From: Paracoccus sp. (in: a-proteobacteria)
Lineage (GTDB): Bacteria; Pseudomonadota; Alphaproteobacteria; Rhodobacterales; Rhodobacteraceae
Assembly (NCBI GenBank): GCA_030538705.1
Contig: JAUNTL010000004.1
Coordinates: forward strand, 72-64,071
Reading direction: 5' to 3'
DNA: 64,000 nucleotides
Numbering within the stretch: the stretch's first letter is position 1; the number at the start of each line of letters is the position of its first letter. The notes below the pieces were generated by a model. That model did no database searches. It saw only the letters and a program-made list of their open reading frames with translations, and was not told where the DNA came from. Shown piece after piece: positions 10,874-20,497 of the stretch. Both the position numbers and the translations under genes were made by a program.

Positions 10874-11646
10874 TCACCGATCCGGTCGATATCTCATATG
10901 CATCCGCCGCCTGTGCCGATGGCCCGGTTGATCTGATGGCGACGCTGTGGCGCGCCGGGGCAGAGGAACGGCCCTCGGATCTGCTGGTCTGGCTGCATTC
11001 CGGCGGCTTTCGCACCGGTTCGCGCAATCATCCCAGCCATGACGCTTTCGCGCGGATCTTTAACCGCTTCGGGATCAGCTTTGCCGCCATTGATTACCGG
11101 CGCCGCCGCGCGCGACCGGTGCTGGCCAAAAGCACGCAGGATCTGCTGCCCGATCTGATCCATGAGGCCCGCGAGGCCGGCGAGGAAATGCCCCCGAGGT
11201 TTTTCGGTGCCGAAGCGATGGCCCCGCTCGAGGATTGCGTGAGCTTTTTGCAATATGCGAGCGCCAATCCCGAAAGCTCTGGTCTGGGCAAGGGCGGGCG
11301 GATCTTTCTGGGCGGCAGTTCGGTCGGCGGGATTACGGCGCTGAACACGCTTTATCTGCCGCGGCATCTGGGGCTGGAACGGCCCGATATCGCCGCGGTC
11401 GTCGCCCTGTCCGGCGGGTTCGCCTATACGCCGCGGCTCAGCCGCACGGATGCACGTATTCTGGCGCTTCATGGTGATCTCGATAATCGGGTGCCGATAT
11501 CCTCGATCCGGCGGCTTCACCGCACGACGCCTGATCCCATGCAGCTGCTGACCCATCCCGATATAGGCCACGGCTCGCCAACGCTGAATGCGGATGAACG
11601 CCCCCGCGATGGGGTGCGCCGGTTGGCGCAGTTCCTGACGGACTGA
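10870..11646 (+). CDS. Alpha/beta hydrolase (esterase)
   Basis: HSGGF oxyanion motif, GSSVG nucleophile elbow, HGDLD and a downstream GH. ATGA overlap with the upstream gene. Confidence 0.75.
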   Translation: MITDPVDISYASAACADGPVDLMATLWRAGAEERPSDLLVWLHSGGFRTGSRNHPSHDAFARIFNRFGISFAAIDYRRRRARPVLAKSTQDLLPDLIHEAREAGEEMPPRFFGAEAMAPLEDCVSFLQYASANPESSGLGKGGRIFLGGSSVGGITALNTLYLPRHLGLERPDIAAVVALSGGFAYTPRLSRTDARILALHGDLDNRVPISSIRRLHRTTPDPMQLLTHPDIGHGSPTLNADERPRDGVRRLAQFLTD

Positions 11647-11696
11647 GCCGGTGGCAGGAAAGGATGCGGCACCGATGCGCCGCACCCTGATGGCGT

Positions 11697-12320
11697 TTAC
11701 TTCAGCTCATCGACCGAACGGATGACGCGGCCAAGCAGCCCGTAGTCCAGCGCCTCTTGCGTGTTCAGCCAGAAATCCCGCTGCGTGTCCTTTTCGACGC
11801 GCTCGACGCTCTGGCCGGTGGCATCGGCAAAGATCTGGTTCAGCCTTTCGCGCATCAGCCGGACCTGTTCGGCCTGGATCATCATGTCAGAGGACGTCCC
11901 CCCGATCCCGCCCGAGGGCTGATGCAGCAAAAAGCGCGTATTGGGCAGGCAATAGCGGTTTTCCCTGTCCGCGCCGACAAAGATCAGCGCCCCGGCCGAG
12001 GCCACCCAGCCCGAGCCGATACAGCGCACGGTCGGGCGGATGAACTTGATCATGTCATGGATCATGTCACCCGATTCGACATGCCCGCCGGGCGACGAGA
12101 TCAGCAGGTTGATCGGATCGTCGCCATCCTCGGCCAGTGCCAGAAGATGGGCGACCGTGCGCTGCGCCAGCCGGTCGTTGATCGGGCCTGCGATGATGAC
12201 ATTGCGCGACTTGAAATAGAGCTTGCCGATATTGGTCGTATCGGGCAGCCCCAGCCCCTGTTCCTGCGGGCGGTCGTCGTCGTGATCGTCGTCGTCATCG
12301 TCCAGAACGAATTTTGTCAT
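11697..12320 (-). CDS. clpP: ATP-dependent Clp protease proteolytic subunit (ClpP paralogue)
   Basis: ISSPGG, VASAG (Ser), LLHQPSGG (His), RDFW (Asp). Confidence 0.9.
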   Translation of the reverse strand: MTKFVLDDDDDDHDDDRPQEQGLGLPDTTNIGKLYFKSRNVIIAGPINDRLAQRTVAHLLALAEDGDDPINLLISSPGGHVESGDMIHDMIKFIRPTVRCIGSGWVASAGALIFVGADRENRYCLPNTRFLLHQPSGGIGGTSSDMMIQAEQVRLMRERLNQIFADATGQSVERVEKDTQRDFWLNTQEALDYGLLGRVIRSVDELK

Positions 12321-12354
12321 ACGGTCCTCGTGGTCGGAAAATTCGGCAAGCGGA

Positions 12355-12900
12355 TCAGCTTGCGGGGGTCGAACTGACGCCGACCTTGGCCGGCCGCAGC
12401 AAACGATCATGCAGCATGAACCCCGGCTCCATCAACTGGATGATGTCGCCGGCGCGCGTGCCGGGGACCGGGGCCTCGAACATCGCTTCGTGCTGTTGCG
12501 GATCGAACCGGTCACCGGTTTCGGGGCGCAGGACGGTGATGCCATGCTTGCCGAAAACATTGCCCAGCTCGCGCAGGGTCAGCTCGATCCCCTCCAGCAC
12601 GGCGGCATTGGATTCGCGCTGTTCCTCGGGGATGGCGTCAATGGCGCGGTGCAGGTGGTCATAGACCGGCAGCAGGTCGCGCGCCAGGCGGGTGCCGCCA
12701 TATTGTTCGGCATCGCGGCGTTCCTTGTCGGCGCGCTTGCGGGCGTTCTCGGCATCGGCCAGCGCGCGCATGAAACGGTCGCGCAGCTCGTCGCGCTCGG
12801 CCGTCAGGCGCTCGATCTCGGCTGAGGGATCGGCCAGCGGGTCGATGAAATCATCATCAAGCGGCAGGTCGTCAGACAGTTCGGGATTCTGATCGCTCAT
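12355..12900 (-). CDS. grpE: Nucleotide exchange factor GrpE
   Basis: RALADAENARKR, FDPQQHEAM, RLLRPAKVGV. Confidence 0.95.
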   Translation of the reverse strand: MSDQNPELSDDLPLDDDFIDPLADPSAEIERLTAERDELRDRFMRALADAENARKRADKERRDAEQYGGTRLARDLLPVYDHLHRAIDAIPEEQRESNAAVLEGIELTLRELGNVFGKHGITVLRPETGDRFDPQQHEAMFEAPVPGTRAGDIIQLMEPGFMLHDRLLRPAKVGVSSTPAS

Positions 12901-12905
12901 TTATC

Positions 12906-13961
12906 TTATCCTTTCATGCCGGACAGCATCCGCCCGACAAGCTGTGCAGTATAGTCCACGATCGGCACGATCCGCCCATAGTTCAGCCGGGTGGGGCCGA
13001 TGACGCCGACCGCGCCAATGATCTTACGGTCGGAGTTCATATAGGGCGAAACCACTAAAGATGAACCCGAAAGTGAAAAAAGCTTGTTCTCTGATCCGAT
13101 AAAGATCCGAACCCCGTCACCGCCCTGTGTCAGGTCCAGAAAACGGGCGATATCGCGCTTGCGCTCAAGGTCATCGAACAGTTCGCGGATACGGTCGATA
13201 TCGGCGGCCTCGGCCCCGATCAGATTGGCGCGGCCGCGCACGATCAGCCGTGCGTCGGCGTCCCCGCTCTCCCATGTGGCAAGGCCCTGTTCGATCAATG
13301 CGGTTGCAAGGCTGTCAACCTCGCGGCGGTGGGCGGTGATCTCATGCCCGATCTGGTCGCGCAGTTCAGAAAGCGTGCGCCCCTCGGCCAGCGCGTTCAG
13401 AAAATTCCCCGCCTCGCGCATGGATGAGGGCGTCTGCCCCGGTGGCGGTGTGAACAGCCGGTTCTCGACCTGACCATCGGAAAAGACCAGCACCACCAGC
13501 GCCCGGTCCGGTGCCAGGCTGACAAATTCGATGTGCCGGATCGGTGCCTCTTGCTTGGGCGTCAGAACCAGACTGGCGCCGCGCGTGATCGAGGAAAGCG
13601 CATGGCCCACCCGGTCAAGCAGCGTTGCGACATCGGGCGAATCACTGCCCAGTGTCTGTTCGATCCGCGTGCGGTCGGTCGGCGCGACCGGGTCGATCTC
13701 CATCAGCCCGTCGACGAACATCCGCAGCCCCTGCTGCGTCGGCCGGCGCCCGGCCGAGATATGGGGCGCGTCCAGCAGGCCCATATATTCCAGATCCTGC
13801 ATGGTGTTGCGGATCGTCGCGGCACTGACCTTTTCCGACATGTCGCGGGTCAGCGTGCGCGATCCGACCGGCTCGCCGGTCAGCAAATAGGTTTCGACCA
13901 CGCGGCGGAACACCTCGCGCGAGCGGTCGTTCAGTTCTTCTAGCAGCGGGCGCGTGGTCAT
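12906..13961 (-). CDS. hrcA: Heat-inducible transcription repressor HrcA
   Basis: [36 protein letters not shown]. Confidence 0.96.
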   Translation of the reverse strand: MTTRPLLEELNDRSREVFRRVVETYLLTGEPVGSRTLTRDMSEKVSAATIRNTMQDLEYMGLLDAPHISAGRRPTQQGLRMFVDGLMEIDPVAPTDRTRIEQTLGSDSPDVATLLDRVGHALSSITRGASLVLTPKQEAPIRHIEFVSLAPDRALVVLVFSDGQVENRLFTPPPGQTPSSMREAGNFLNALAEGRTLSELRDQIGHEITAHRREVDSLATALIEQGLATWESGDADARLIVRGRANLIGAEAADIDRIRELFDDLERKRDIARFLDLTQGGDGVRIFIGSENKLFSLSGSSLVVSPYMNSDRKIIGAVGVIGPTRLNYGRIVPIVDYTAQLVGRMLSGMKG

Positions 13962-14023
13962 GCGGGGTTGCGTCCGTCCTTTGCGGGCCTGTATCTGGAC
14001 GCGTCATCAGGAAAGGAAATGCG

Positions 14024-14734
14024 ATGCGTCCCTCGGGCCGGAACTTAAGCGAAATGCGGCCGATTTCAATCGAGACCGGCGTTATGGCCCATGCCGAAGG
14101 CTCGTGCCTGATCAAAATCGGCGGAACTCATGTCCTGTGCAGCGCCTCGATCGAGGAAAAGATACCGCCTTTCCTGCGCGGCACCGGGCAGGGCTGGGTG
14201 ACGGCCGAATATGGCATGCTGCCGCGCGCCACCAACTCGCGCACCCGGCGCGAGGCGGCGGCGGGCAAGCAGGGCGGCCGCACGGTGGAAATCCAGCGCC
14301 TGATCGGGCGGTCGCTGCGCGCCGGCGTTGATCGTCAGGCATTGGGCGAGCGCCAGATCGTCGTTGACTGCGACGTCATTCAGGCCGATGGCGGCACGCG
14401 CTGCGCATCCATCACCGGCGGCTGGCTGGCCCTGCGTCTGGCGGTGAACAAGCTGATCTCGGCCGGGCTTGTCACCAGCGATCCGCTGACCGATCACGTC
14501 GCGGCGGTGTCCTGTGGCATCTATGCCGGCCAGCCGGTGCTGGATCTGGACTATGCCGAGGACAGCGAAGCAGGCACGGACGGCAATTTCGTCATGACCG
14601 GCGCAGGCCGCCTGATCGAGGTCCAGATGTCCGCCGAGGGCGCGACATTCAGCCGCGAACAGATGGGCAAACTGCTGGATCTGGCCGAGGCCGGCGCAGC
14701 CGCGCTTGTCGCCGCCCAAAAGGCCGCGATCTGA
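14024..14734 (+). CDS. rph: Ribonuclease PH
   Basis: [46 protein letters not shown]. Confidence 0.96.
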   Translation: MRPSGRNLSEMRPISIETGVMAHAEGSCLIKIGGTHVLCSASIEEKIPPFLRGTGQGWVTAEYGMLPRATNSRTRREAAAGKQGGRTVEIQRLIGRSLRAGVDRQALGERQIVVDCDVIQADGGTRCASITGGWLALRLAVNKLISAGLVTSDPLTDHVAAVSCGIYAGQPVLDLDYAEDSEAGTDGNFVMTGAGRLIEVQMSAEGATFSREQMGKLLDLAEAGAAALVAAQKAAI

Positions 14735-15342
14735 TGCGGCGCTTTGATGGCCGGCGGCTGATCTTTGCCACACATAACGCCGGCAAGCTGGACGAGATGC
14801 GCGCCCTTCTGGCCCCCTACGGGGTCGAGGTCATCGGCGCGGCCGAAATGAACCTGCCCGAACCCGCCGAGACCGAGGATAACTTCATCGGCAATGCCCG
14901 CATCAAGGCTCATGCCGCCGTCGCGGCCTCTGGTCTGCCCGCTCTGGCCGATGACAGCGGCATATCGGTCGATGCGCTGGATGGCGCGCCGGGTGTCTAT
15001 ACGGCGGATTGGGCGGAAACCCCGCAGGGCCGCGATTTCGCCATGGCCATGGAACGCACCTGGCGCGAGCTGGAGGAAAAGGACGCCCCCCATCCCCGCC
15101 GCGCACAGTTCAACTGCACGCTGGTTCTGGCCTGGCCCGACGGCCATGACGAGGTGTTTCAGGGCGTGCTGCCCGGTCAGGTCGTCTGGCCGCCCGCCGG
15201 GCCGTTCGGCCATGGTTATGACCCGATCTTCATGCCTGACGGCCATGACCGCCGGCTGGCCGAGATGACGGCTGCGGAAAAGAACGCCATCAGCCACCGC
15301 GCCCGCGCCGTGGCGGCCATGCTGGAGGGATGTTTTGCATAG
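14734..15342 (+). CDS. rdgB: Non-canonical purine NTP pyrophosphatase (RdgB/HAM1)
   Basis: ATHNAGK, ADDSG, GYDPIF, KNAISHRARA. Confidence 0.95.
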   Translation: MRRFDGRRLIFATHNAGKLDEMRALLAPYGVEVIGAAEMNLPEPAETEDNFIGNARIKAHAAVAASGLPALADDSGISVDALDGAPGVYTADWAETPQGRDFAMAMERTWRELEEKDAPHPRRAQFNCTLVLAWPDGHDEVFQGVLPGQVVWPPAGPFGHGYDPIFMPDGHDRRLAEMTAAEKNAISHRARAVAAMLEGCFA

Positions 15343-15709
15343 GATCTCGACCGGTTCGCCCTTTGAGGCGGCAATGGGCTATTCACGCGCCGTCATCCGG
15401 GGGCCGTGGTGCTTTGTCTCGGGAACGACCGGCTATGACTATGCCAGCATGACCATGCCCGAGGATGTCGCCGATCAGGCCCGCAACTGTCTGGCAACCA
15501 TCGCCGCCACGCTGAACGAGGCCGGCTTTGCCATGCGCGATATCGTCCGGGTGCAATATACGCTGACCGATCCCGCGCTTGTCGATTCGGTGGCGCCGGT
15601 TCTGGGCGAGCATATGGCCGATGTCCTGCCCGCCGCGACCATGGTGATCGCCGGGCTGATCCGCCCGGAAATGAAAATCGAAATCGAAGTTACCGCGTTC
15701 AGGGGATGA
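15335..15709 (+). CDS. RidA/YjgF family protein
   Basis: GYSRAV, VSGTTG, PAATMV, KIEIEVTA. Confidence 0.9.
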   Translation: MHRISTGSPFEAAMGYSRAVIRGPWCFVSGTTGYDYASMTMPEDVADQARNCLATIAATLNEAGFAMRDIVRVQYTLTDPALVDSVAPVLGEHMADVLPAATMVIAGLIRPEMKIEIEVTAFRG

Positions 15710-16860
15710 CCGGGGACTGGCGTCATGGCGGGTTCGGGCTGTATGTCCATTGGCCGTTCTGCGCCTCGAAATGCCCTTATTGCGACTTTAACAGCCATGT
15801 CGCGGCGGTGATCGACCAGCCGCGATGGGCCGCCGCCTATCGCAGCGAGATCGCGCGGATCGCGGATCTGGTGCCGGGCCGTGTGCTGAACAGTATCTTT
15901 TTCGGCGGCGGAACACCGTCTCTGATGGCGCCCGAAACCGTGGCCGGGGTGATCGCGGCGGCGCGCAACGCATGGCCATTCGCCAATGATATCGAGATCA
16001 CTATCGAGGCCAACCCGACCAGCACCGATGCCGGGCGCTTTGGCGGCTATGCGGATGCCGGCGTCAACCGTCTGTCGCTGGGGGTGCAGGCGCTTAATGA
16101 CGACGATCTGCGCCGGCTGGGGCGGATGCACAGCGCCGCCGAGGCGCGGCGCGCCTTTGATCTTGCGCGCGCGCATTTCGGGCGCGTCAGCTTTGATCTG
16201 ATCTATGCCCGACAGCACCAGACGCCCGCCGGCTGGCGGGCCGAGCTGCGCGAGGCCGTCGCCATGGCGGTCGATCATCTGTCACTCTATCAGCTGACCA
16301 TCGAGGACGGCACCGTCTTTGGCGCCCGCCATGCCGCAGGCCATCTGCGCGGACTGCCGGATGATGAGATCGCGGCGGATATGTATCTGGAAACACAAGA
16401 CACCCTCGATCAGCTTGGGATGCCGGCCTATGAGGTCTCGAACCACGCCGCGGCCGGCGCGCAATCGCGCCACAACCTGATCTATTGGCGACAGGGCGAC
16501 TGGGCGGGCATCGGTCCGGGCGCCCATGGCCGGCTGACCACCGGCGCGGGCCGCATCGCCAATATCGCCGAGCGGATGCCCGGCGCCTGGCTCGACCGTG
16601 TCGAGCGCAGCGGCAGCGGTGATATCGAGACCCTCGCCCAGCCGCCGGATGACGTTTCGGCAGAGTATCTGCTGATGTCGATGCGGCTGGCCGAGGGGAT
16701 GTCACTGGCCCGCTATCGCGCCAAGGGCGGGCTGCTGGACGAGCCGCGGCTGGCGCGGCTGACCGAGCAGGGGCTGGTTGCCCGTGACGGTGACCGGCTG
16801 CGCGCCACGCGCGAGGGGCGGCCGGTCCTGAACCATATCCTGCGCGAGGTGGCTGGCTGA
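15706..16860 (+). CDS. hemW: Radical SAM heme chaperone HemW
   Basis: YVHWPFCASKCPYCDFN, GGGTPS, HNLIYW; rph-rdgB-hemW context. Confidence 0.92.
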   Translation: MTGDWRHGGFGLYVHWPFCASKCPYCDFNSHVAAVIDQPRWAAAYRSEIARIADLVPGRVLNSIFFGGGTPSLMAPETVAGVIAAARNAWPFANDIEITIEANPTSTDAGRFGGYADAGVNRLSLGVQALNDDDLRRLGRMHSAAEARRAFDLARAHFGRVSFDLIYARQHQTPAGWRAELREAVAMAVDHLSLYQLTIEDGTVFGARHAAGHLRGLPDDEIAADMYLETQDTLDQLGMPAYEVSNHAAAGAQSRHNLIYWRQGDWAGIGPGAHGRLTTGAGRIANIAERMPGAWLDRVERSGSGDIETLAQPPDDVSAEYLLMSMRLAEGMSLARYRAKGGLLDEPRLARLTEQGLVARDGDRLRATREGRPVLNHILREVAG

Positions 16861-17213
16861 TGCGGCTGGTTTATCTGGGTATCGGCTGGGCCGCGGTCGG
16901 ATTGGCGCTGATCGGGACATTTCTGCCGATCATGCCGACCGTCCCCTTTCTGCTGATCGCGATATGGGCCTTTGGCCGCTCGTCCGAGCGGCTGCGCCAA
17001 AAGCTGCTGAACGATCCCGTTTTCGGCCCCGATATCCGCCGCTGGCACGAACGCGGCGCGATCCGGCGCAGCGCAAAGGTGCTTGCGATCTCGGCGATGA
17101 GCGCCAGCATCGTGATCAGCTGGGCAGTCGGCCTGCCGCCGGTCGCACTGGCGGGACAGACCGCCATCCTCGCCGCCGTCGCGGTCTATATCGCGACCCG
17201 GCCGGAACGCTAG
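16860..17213 (+). CDS. YbaN/DUF454 inner-membrane protein
   Basis: LPIMPTVPFLL motif, FGRSS, hydrophobic segments. Confidence 0.85.
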   Translation: MRLVYLGIGWAAVGLALIGTFLPIMPTVPFLLIAIWAFGRSSERLRQKLLNDPVFGPDIRRWHERGAIRRSAKVLAISAMSASIVISWAVGLPPVALAGQTAILAAVAVYIATRPER

Positions 17214-17501
17214 CGCAGGGCCTGTGATATCTGGCCGCAGGGACCACCCGGCCCGCGCAAGGGGGCTGTTCAGCACGGGGGACACTGCACCAGCGCGGCC
17301 ATAGGCCCGGCTTGCGTTTGGCAAGGATACCACGACATCATGCGGACAAAGCTCATCATCGCGCAGCGGCCGGACAGGACAAAGGGACCGGCCGCCACCG
17401 GACCACCGCCTGGCCCCGGCACCGCCGCAGGCCGATGATGCGCGGCCGATCACACGGACAAAAAGGGCCGTAATGCAGGCACGGGCAATAACGGGGGAAC
17501 C

Positions 17502-19976
17502 ATGACCGAGAGCTATATTTCAGACTGGCCGGGCAAAAGCGCACAGGTGCCGGACGGCCCGTGCCATCCGGCGGCCTATCACATGCTGGATGTCGCCGCG
17601 GTGGCCGAGGTTTTGATCGAACCTTTCGGCTTTCCTGAACCTTTGCGCGACGCGCTGATCCTGCTGACGGCGCTTCATGATCTGGGCAAGATCGGCGCGG
17701 GGTTCCGCGCGATGCTGCAAACCGGCACGCGCCAGATCTGGCGCCATTGGGAGATGACCGAGGTTTATCTGTTCCAGCATGATGACGACCTTATGGCCGG
17801 GATTCTGGGCGGACGTGGCACGGTGCGCAAGCAGCTTTACAGCGCCGCCGCCGGACATCACGGTCGCCCGCCGACGCTTTCAAAGCTGGATGATCATCGC
17901 TTGCTGGAACAGTCAGGCCCCGAGGCGGCCCGCGATGCGCCCGCGCTGATCAAAGCTTTTGCCGCGCTGTGGCCTGCGGCTTCGCTGGACGGGATCAGCA
18001 CGGCCCGCGCCAAGGAACTTGGCTGGTGGCTGGCGGGGTTTGTCTCGGCCGCCGACTGGATCGGCTCGAATACCGAATGGTTTGCGCCTGTCGCGGCGGG
18101 GCCGGACCTTGGCGATTACCTTGACGCGGCCCGCGAGGCGGCCCCGACCGCCGTGCGCCTTGCGGGGCTGGATGCGCCGCACCCCTCGGACAAGCCGCTG
18201 TTCGATTTCACGCTGCGGCCCATGCAGGCGGCCTGCGCCGGGATCGGGATTCCCGCGGGTCAGACGCTTGCCATCATCGAGGACGAAACCGGCAGCGGCA
18301 AGACCGAGGCCGCGCTGATCCTCGCGCAGCGGATGATGCTGGCGGGCAAGGGGCGCGGTATCTATTTCGCGCTGCCCACCACGGCAACGGCGGATGCGAT
18401 GTTCTCGCGGGCGCGAAAGCTGGTCTCGGCCATGTTCGACGGCCCGCCCAGCCTGACGCTGGCGCATGGCCGTGCGGAGCTGTCGGACGAGTATCGCGCC
18501 CTTCGCGCCCCGCGCAACAGCCCCACGGATGAACCGGTCTGCACCGACTGGCTGGCCGATAACCGCCGCCGCGCCTTGCTGGGGAATGTGGGCGTGGGCA
18601 CGATTGATCAGGCACTGTTGTCGGTTCTGCCCACGCGGTTCAACACGCTGCGCCATTTCGGGCTGTCGTCGAAAATCCTGATTGTGGATGAGGTCCACGA
18701 AATGGGGACGCCCTATATGGCAACCACGCTGGCGCAGCTTTTGCGGGCGCATCGGGCGGCGGGGGGCAGCGCGATCCTGCTGACCGCGACCTTGCCGCTG
18801 GATCAGCGGGCGGCTTTGCTGGACGCTTGGGGGGCGGGTGATGATGGTGACGCAAGCTATCCCGCGCTGACCATGGCGGGGGGCGCGGCGCGGCGTGATT
18901 TCGCGCAAACGACCGGGGCAAAGGGGCCGGTGACGGCGCAGCGCGTCGCCTCTGTGGATGAGGCGGTCACGCTGCTTGCCGATGCGGCGGCGCGGGGCGC
19001 GGGTTGTGTCTGGGTGCGCAATGCGGTCGATGACGCGATTGCGGGGGTGCAGGCGCTGCGCGACGCGGGTGTCGCGGCCGATCTGCTGCATGCGAGGTTC
19101 ACGCTTTCGGACCGGCTGACGCATGAGGGCACGGCCCTGTCGCGCTTTGGTCGCGATGGGCAGGGGCGTGCGGGGCGGGTTCTGGTTGCCACGCAGGTCG
19201 TTGAAAGTTCTTTGGATTTGGATTTCGACGTCATGCTGTCCGACCTCGCGCCGATGGCCGCGCTGATCCAGAGGGCGGGGCGGCTCTGGCGGCATATGGA
19301 CCTGCGCCCCCGCGACAGGCGGCCGGTGCCTGCGCCGGTGCTGCATGTCCTGTCGCCCGATCCTGCCGAGGTCGAGGACGACCGTTGGCTGCACCGCGTG
19401 CTGGATCGCGGCGGCTGGGTCTATCCCTTGGACCTGCAATGGCGCACGGCACAGGTGCTGTTTGATCGCGGGCAGATCGACGCCCCTTCTGGCCTGCGCG
19501 ACCTGATCGAGACCGCCCATGGCAGCACCCTGCCGGTCCCGCCCGTGCTGGAACAGGCCGAGTTAGAGCGCGAGGGTCTGGGCTATGCCGAGGCCAATCA
19601 GGCGTGGCGTAACCTGATCCGTTTCGGCGAAGGCTACCGGCAGGGCGGCGGGGCCGAGCCGGACACGAACTATCCCACCCGCCTCGGCCTGCCGACGAAA
19701 ACGCTGATGCTGGCGGTGTGGCAGGACGGCGCGCTGCGCCCCTATGCTGCGGCTGAGGCCTGGCAACTGTCCGAGGTTTCGGTTGCCGAGCATCGCTTGC
19801 ATGGGCTGGACCTGCCCGACCAATCCGCGCCCGAAATCGCTGCGCTGACCGCAGACTGGCCCGAATGGCGCCGCGCCGCCGTCACGGTCTGCCCCTTGGG
19901 CGAGAACGGGCAGATCTGTGCCGGATTGCGTTATGACCGCGGGTTCGGGATTTTGTTCGATGGGGAAAGCGGTTAG
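17502..19976 (+). CDS. cas3: CRISPR helicase/nuclease Cas3 (HD + SF2 helicase)
   Basis: HMLDV, LHDLGK, GHHG, ADWIGS, ETGSGKTE, DEVH, LTAT, QRAGRLWRH. Confidence 0.96.
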   Translation: MTESYISDWPGKSAQVPDGPCHPAAYHMLDVAAVAEVLIEPFGFPEPLRDALILLTALHDLGKIGAGFRAMLQTGTRQIWRHWEMTEVYLFQHDDDLMAGILGGRGTVRKQLYSAAAGHHGRPPTLSKLDDHRLLEQSGPEAARDAPALIKAFAALWPAASLDGISTARAKELGWWLAGFVSAADWIGSNTEWFAPVAAGPDLGDYLDAAREAAPTAVRLAGLDAPHPSDKPLFDFTLRPMQAACAGIGIPAGQTLAIIEDETGSGKTEAALILAQRMMLAGKGRGIYFALPTTATADAMFSRARKLVSAMFDGPPSLTLAHGRAELSDEYRALRAPRNSPTDEPVCTDWLADNRRRALLGNVGVGTIDQALLSVLPTRFNTLRHFGLSSKILIVDEVHEMGTPYMATTLAQLLRAHRAAGGSAILLTATLPLDQRAALLDAWGAGDDGDASYPALTMAGGAARRDFAQTTGAKGPVTAQRVASVDEAVTLLADAAARGAGCVWVRNAVDDAIAGVQALRDAGVAADLLHARFTLSDRLTHEGTALSRFGRDGQGRAGRVLVATQVVESSLDLDFDVMLSDLAPMAALIQRAGRLWRHMDLRPRDRRPVPAPVLHVLSPDPAEVEDDRWLHRVLDRGGWVYPLDLQWRTAQVLFDRGQIDAPSGLRDLIETAHGSTLPVPPVLEQAELEREGLGYAEANQAWRNLIRFGEGYRQGGGAEPDTNYPTRLGLPTKTLMLAVWQDGALRPYAAAEAWQLSEVSVAEHRLHGLDLPDQSAPEIAALTADWPEWRRAAVTVCPLGENGQICAGLRYDRGFGILFDGESG

Positions 19977-20132
19977 GTTATGGGGCGTATTTCCCTGCGG
20001 CAGAGCGGCCGCTTGTTCCATGGGCCGGCAATGTGCCGGCCTGAAGTTGTCGCGGCAATATCAGACGGTCCGGCTGCCGCCCGTGCTTGAAGCGGGCATT
20101 CGTCAAGGGGGCCTGCCCCCGTCCTGCGCTGG

Positions 20133-20392
20133 TTGTTCCCCGCCTCTGCGGAGATGAACCCTATTAGGGTGTCAGGCGCAGGTGTTCCCCGCAAACGCGG
20201 GGATGAACCGCACATGGACGAACCGCAGATTGGCGTAGGGCGCTGTTCCCCGCACCTGCGGGAATGAACCGGCGAACTGCGCGGTCGCACGCATTGGCAT
20301 TGTCTGTTCCCCGCATCCGCGAGGATGAGCCGCAAGGGCCGCCCATATAGGGATCGGGGATCCCCTATCCCCGCAAAAGCGGGGATGCGTCG
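20133..20392 (+). CRISPR. Degenerate type I-E mini-array (5 repeats, 4 spacers) between cas3 and cse1
   Basis: 29-nt repeat variants at 20133, 20182, 20243, 20304 and 20364 share a TCCCCGC-N4-GCGGGGA-like stem. Spacers are 20, 32, 32 and 31 nt. Confidence 0.9.
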
Positions 20393-20428
20393 CGAAACAC
20401 TCCCGAAAGAGCGCATCATTTTATTAAA

Positions 20429-20444
20429 AAGTATTATGGTGTAA
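20429..20444 (+). promoter_or_regulatory. Putative Cascade operator (AAG PAM plus partial protospacer of mini-array spacer 1)
   Basis: AAG at 20429-20431 then TATTATGGTGTAA, versus spacer TATTAGGGTGTCA; mismatches only at positions 6 and 12. Confidence 0.75.
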
Positions 20445-20467
20445 TTTGAAAAGAGGGGAAAATCTGC

Positions 20468-20497
20468 TTGACAGTTTACCCTCTCGGGCGCCACGCT
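20468..20497 (+). promoter_or_regulatory. Putative sigma70 promoter of the cse1-cas2 operon
   Basis: TTGACA (20468) -N18- CACGCT, preceded by an AT-rich tract; cse1 ATG at 20525. Confidence 0.5.

Noticed and set aside
12901-14023. Looked for a CIRCE operator near hrcA/grpE
   Set aside because: No TTAGCACTC-N9-GAGTGCTAA was seen.
17451-17462. CACACGGACAAA upstream of cas3 matches mini-array spacer 2 at 10/12
   Set aside because: Mismatches fall at positions 5 and 10 rather than 6 and 12, and the preceding triplet is GAT, not a good I-E PAM.
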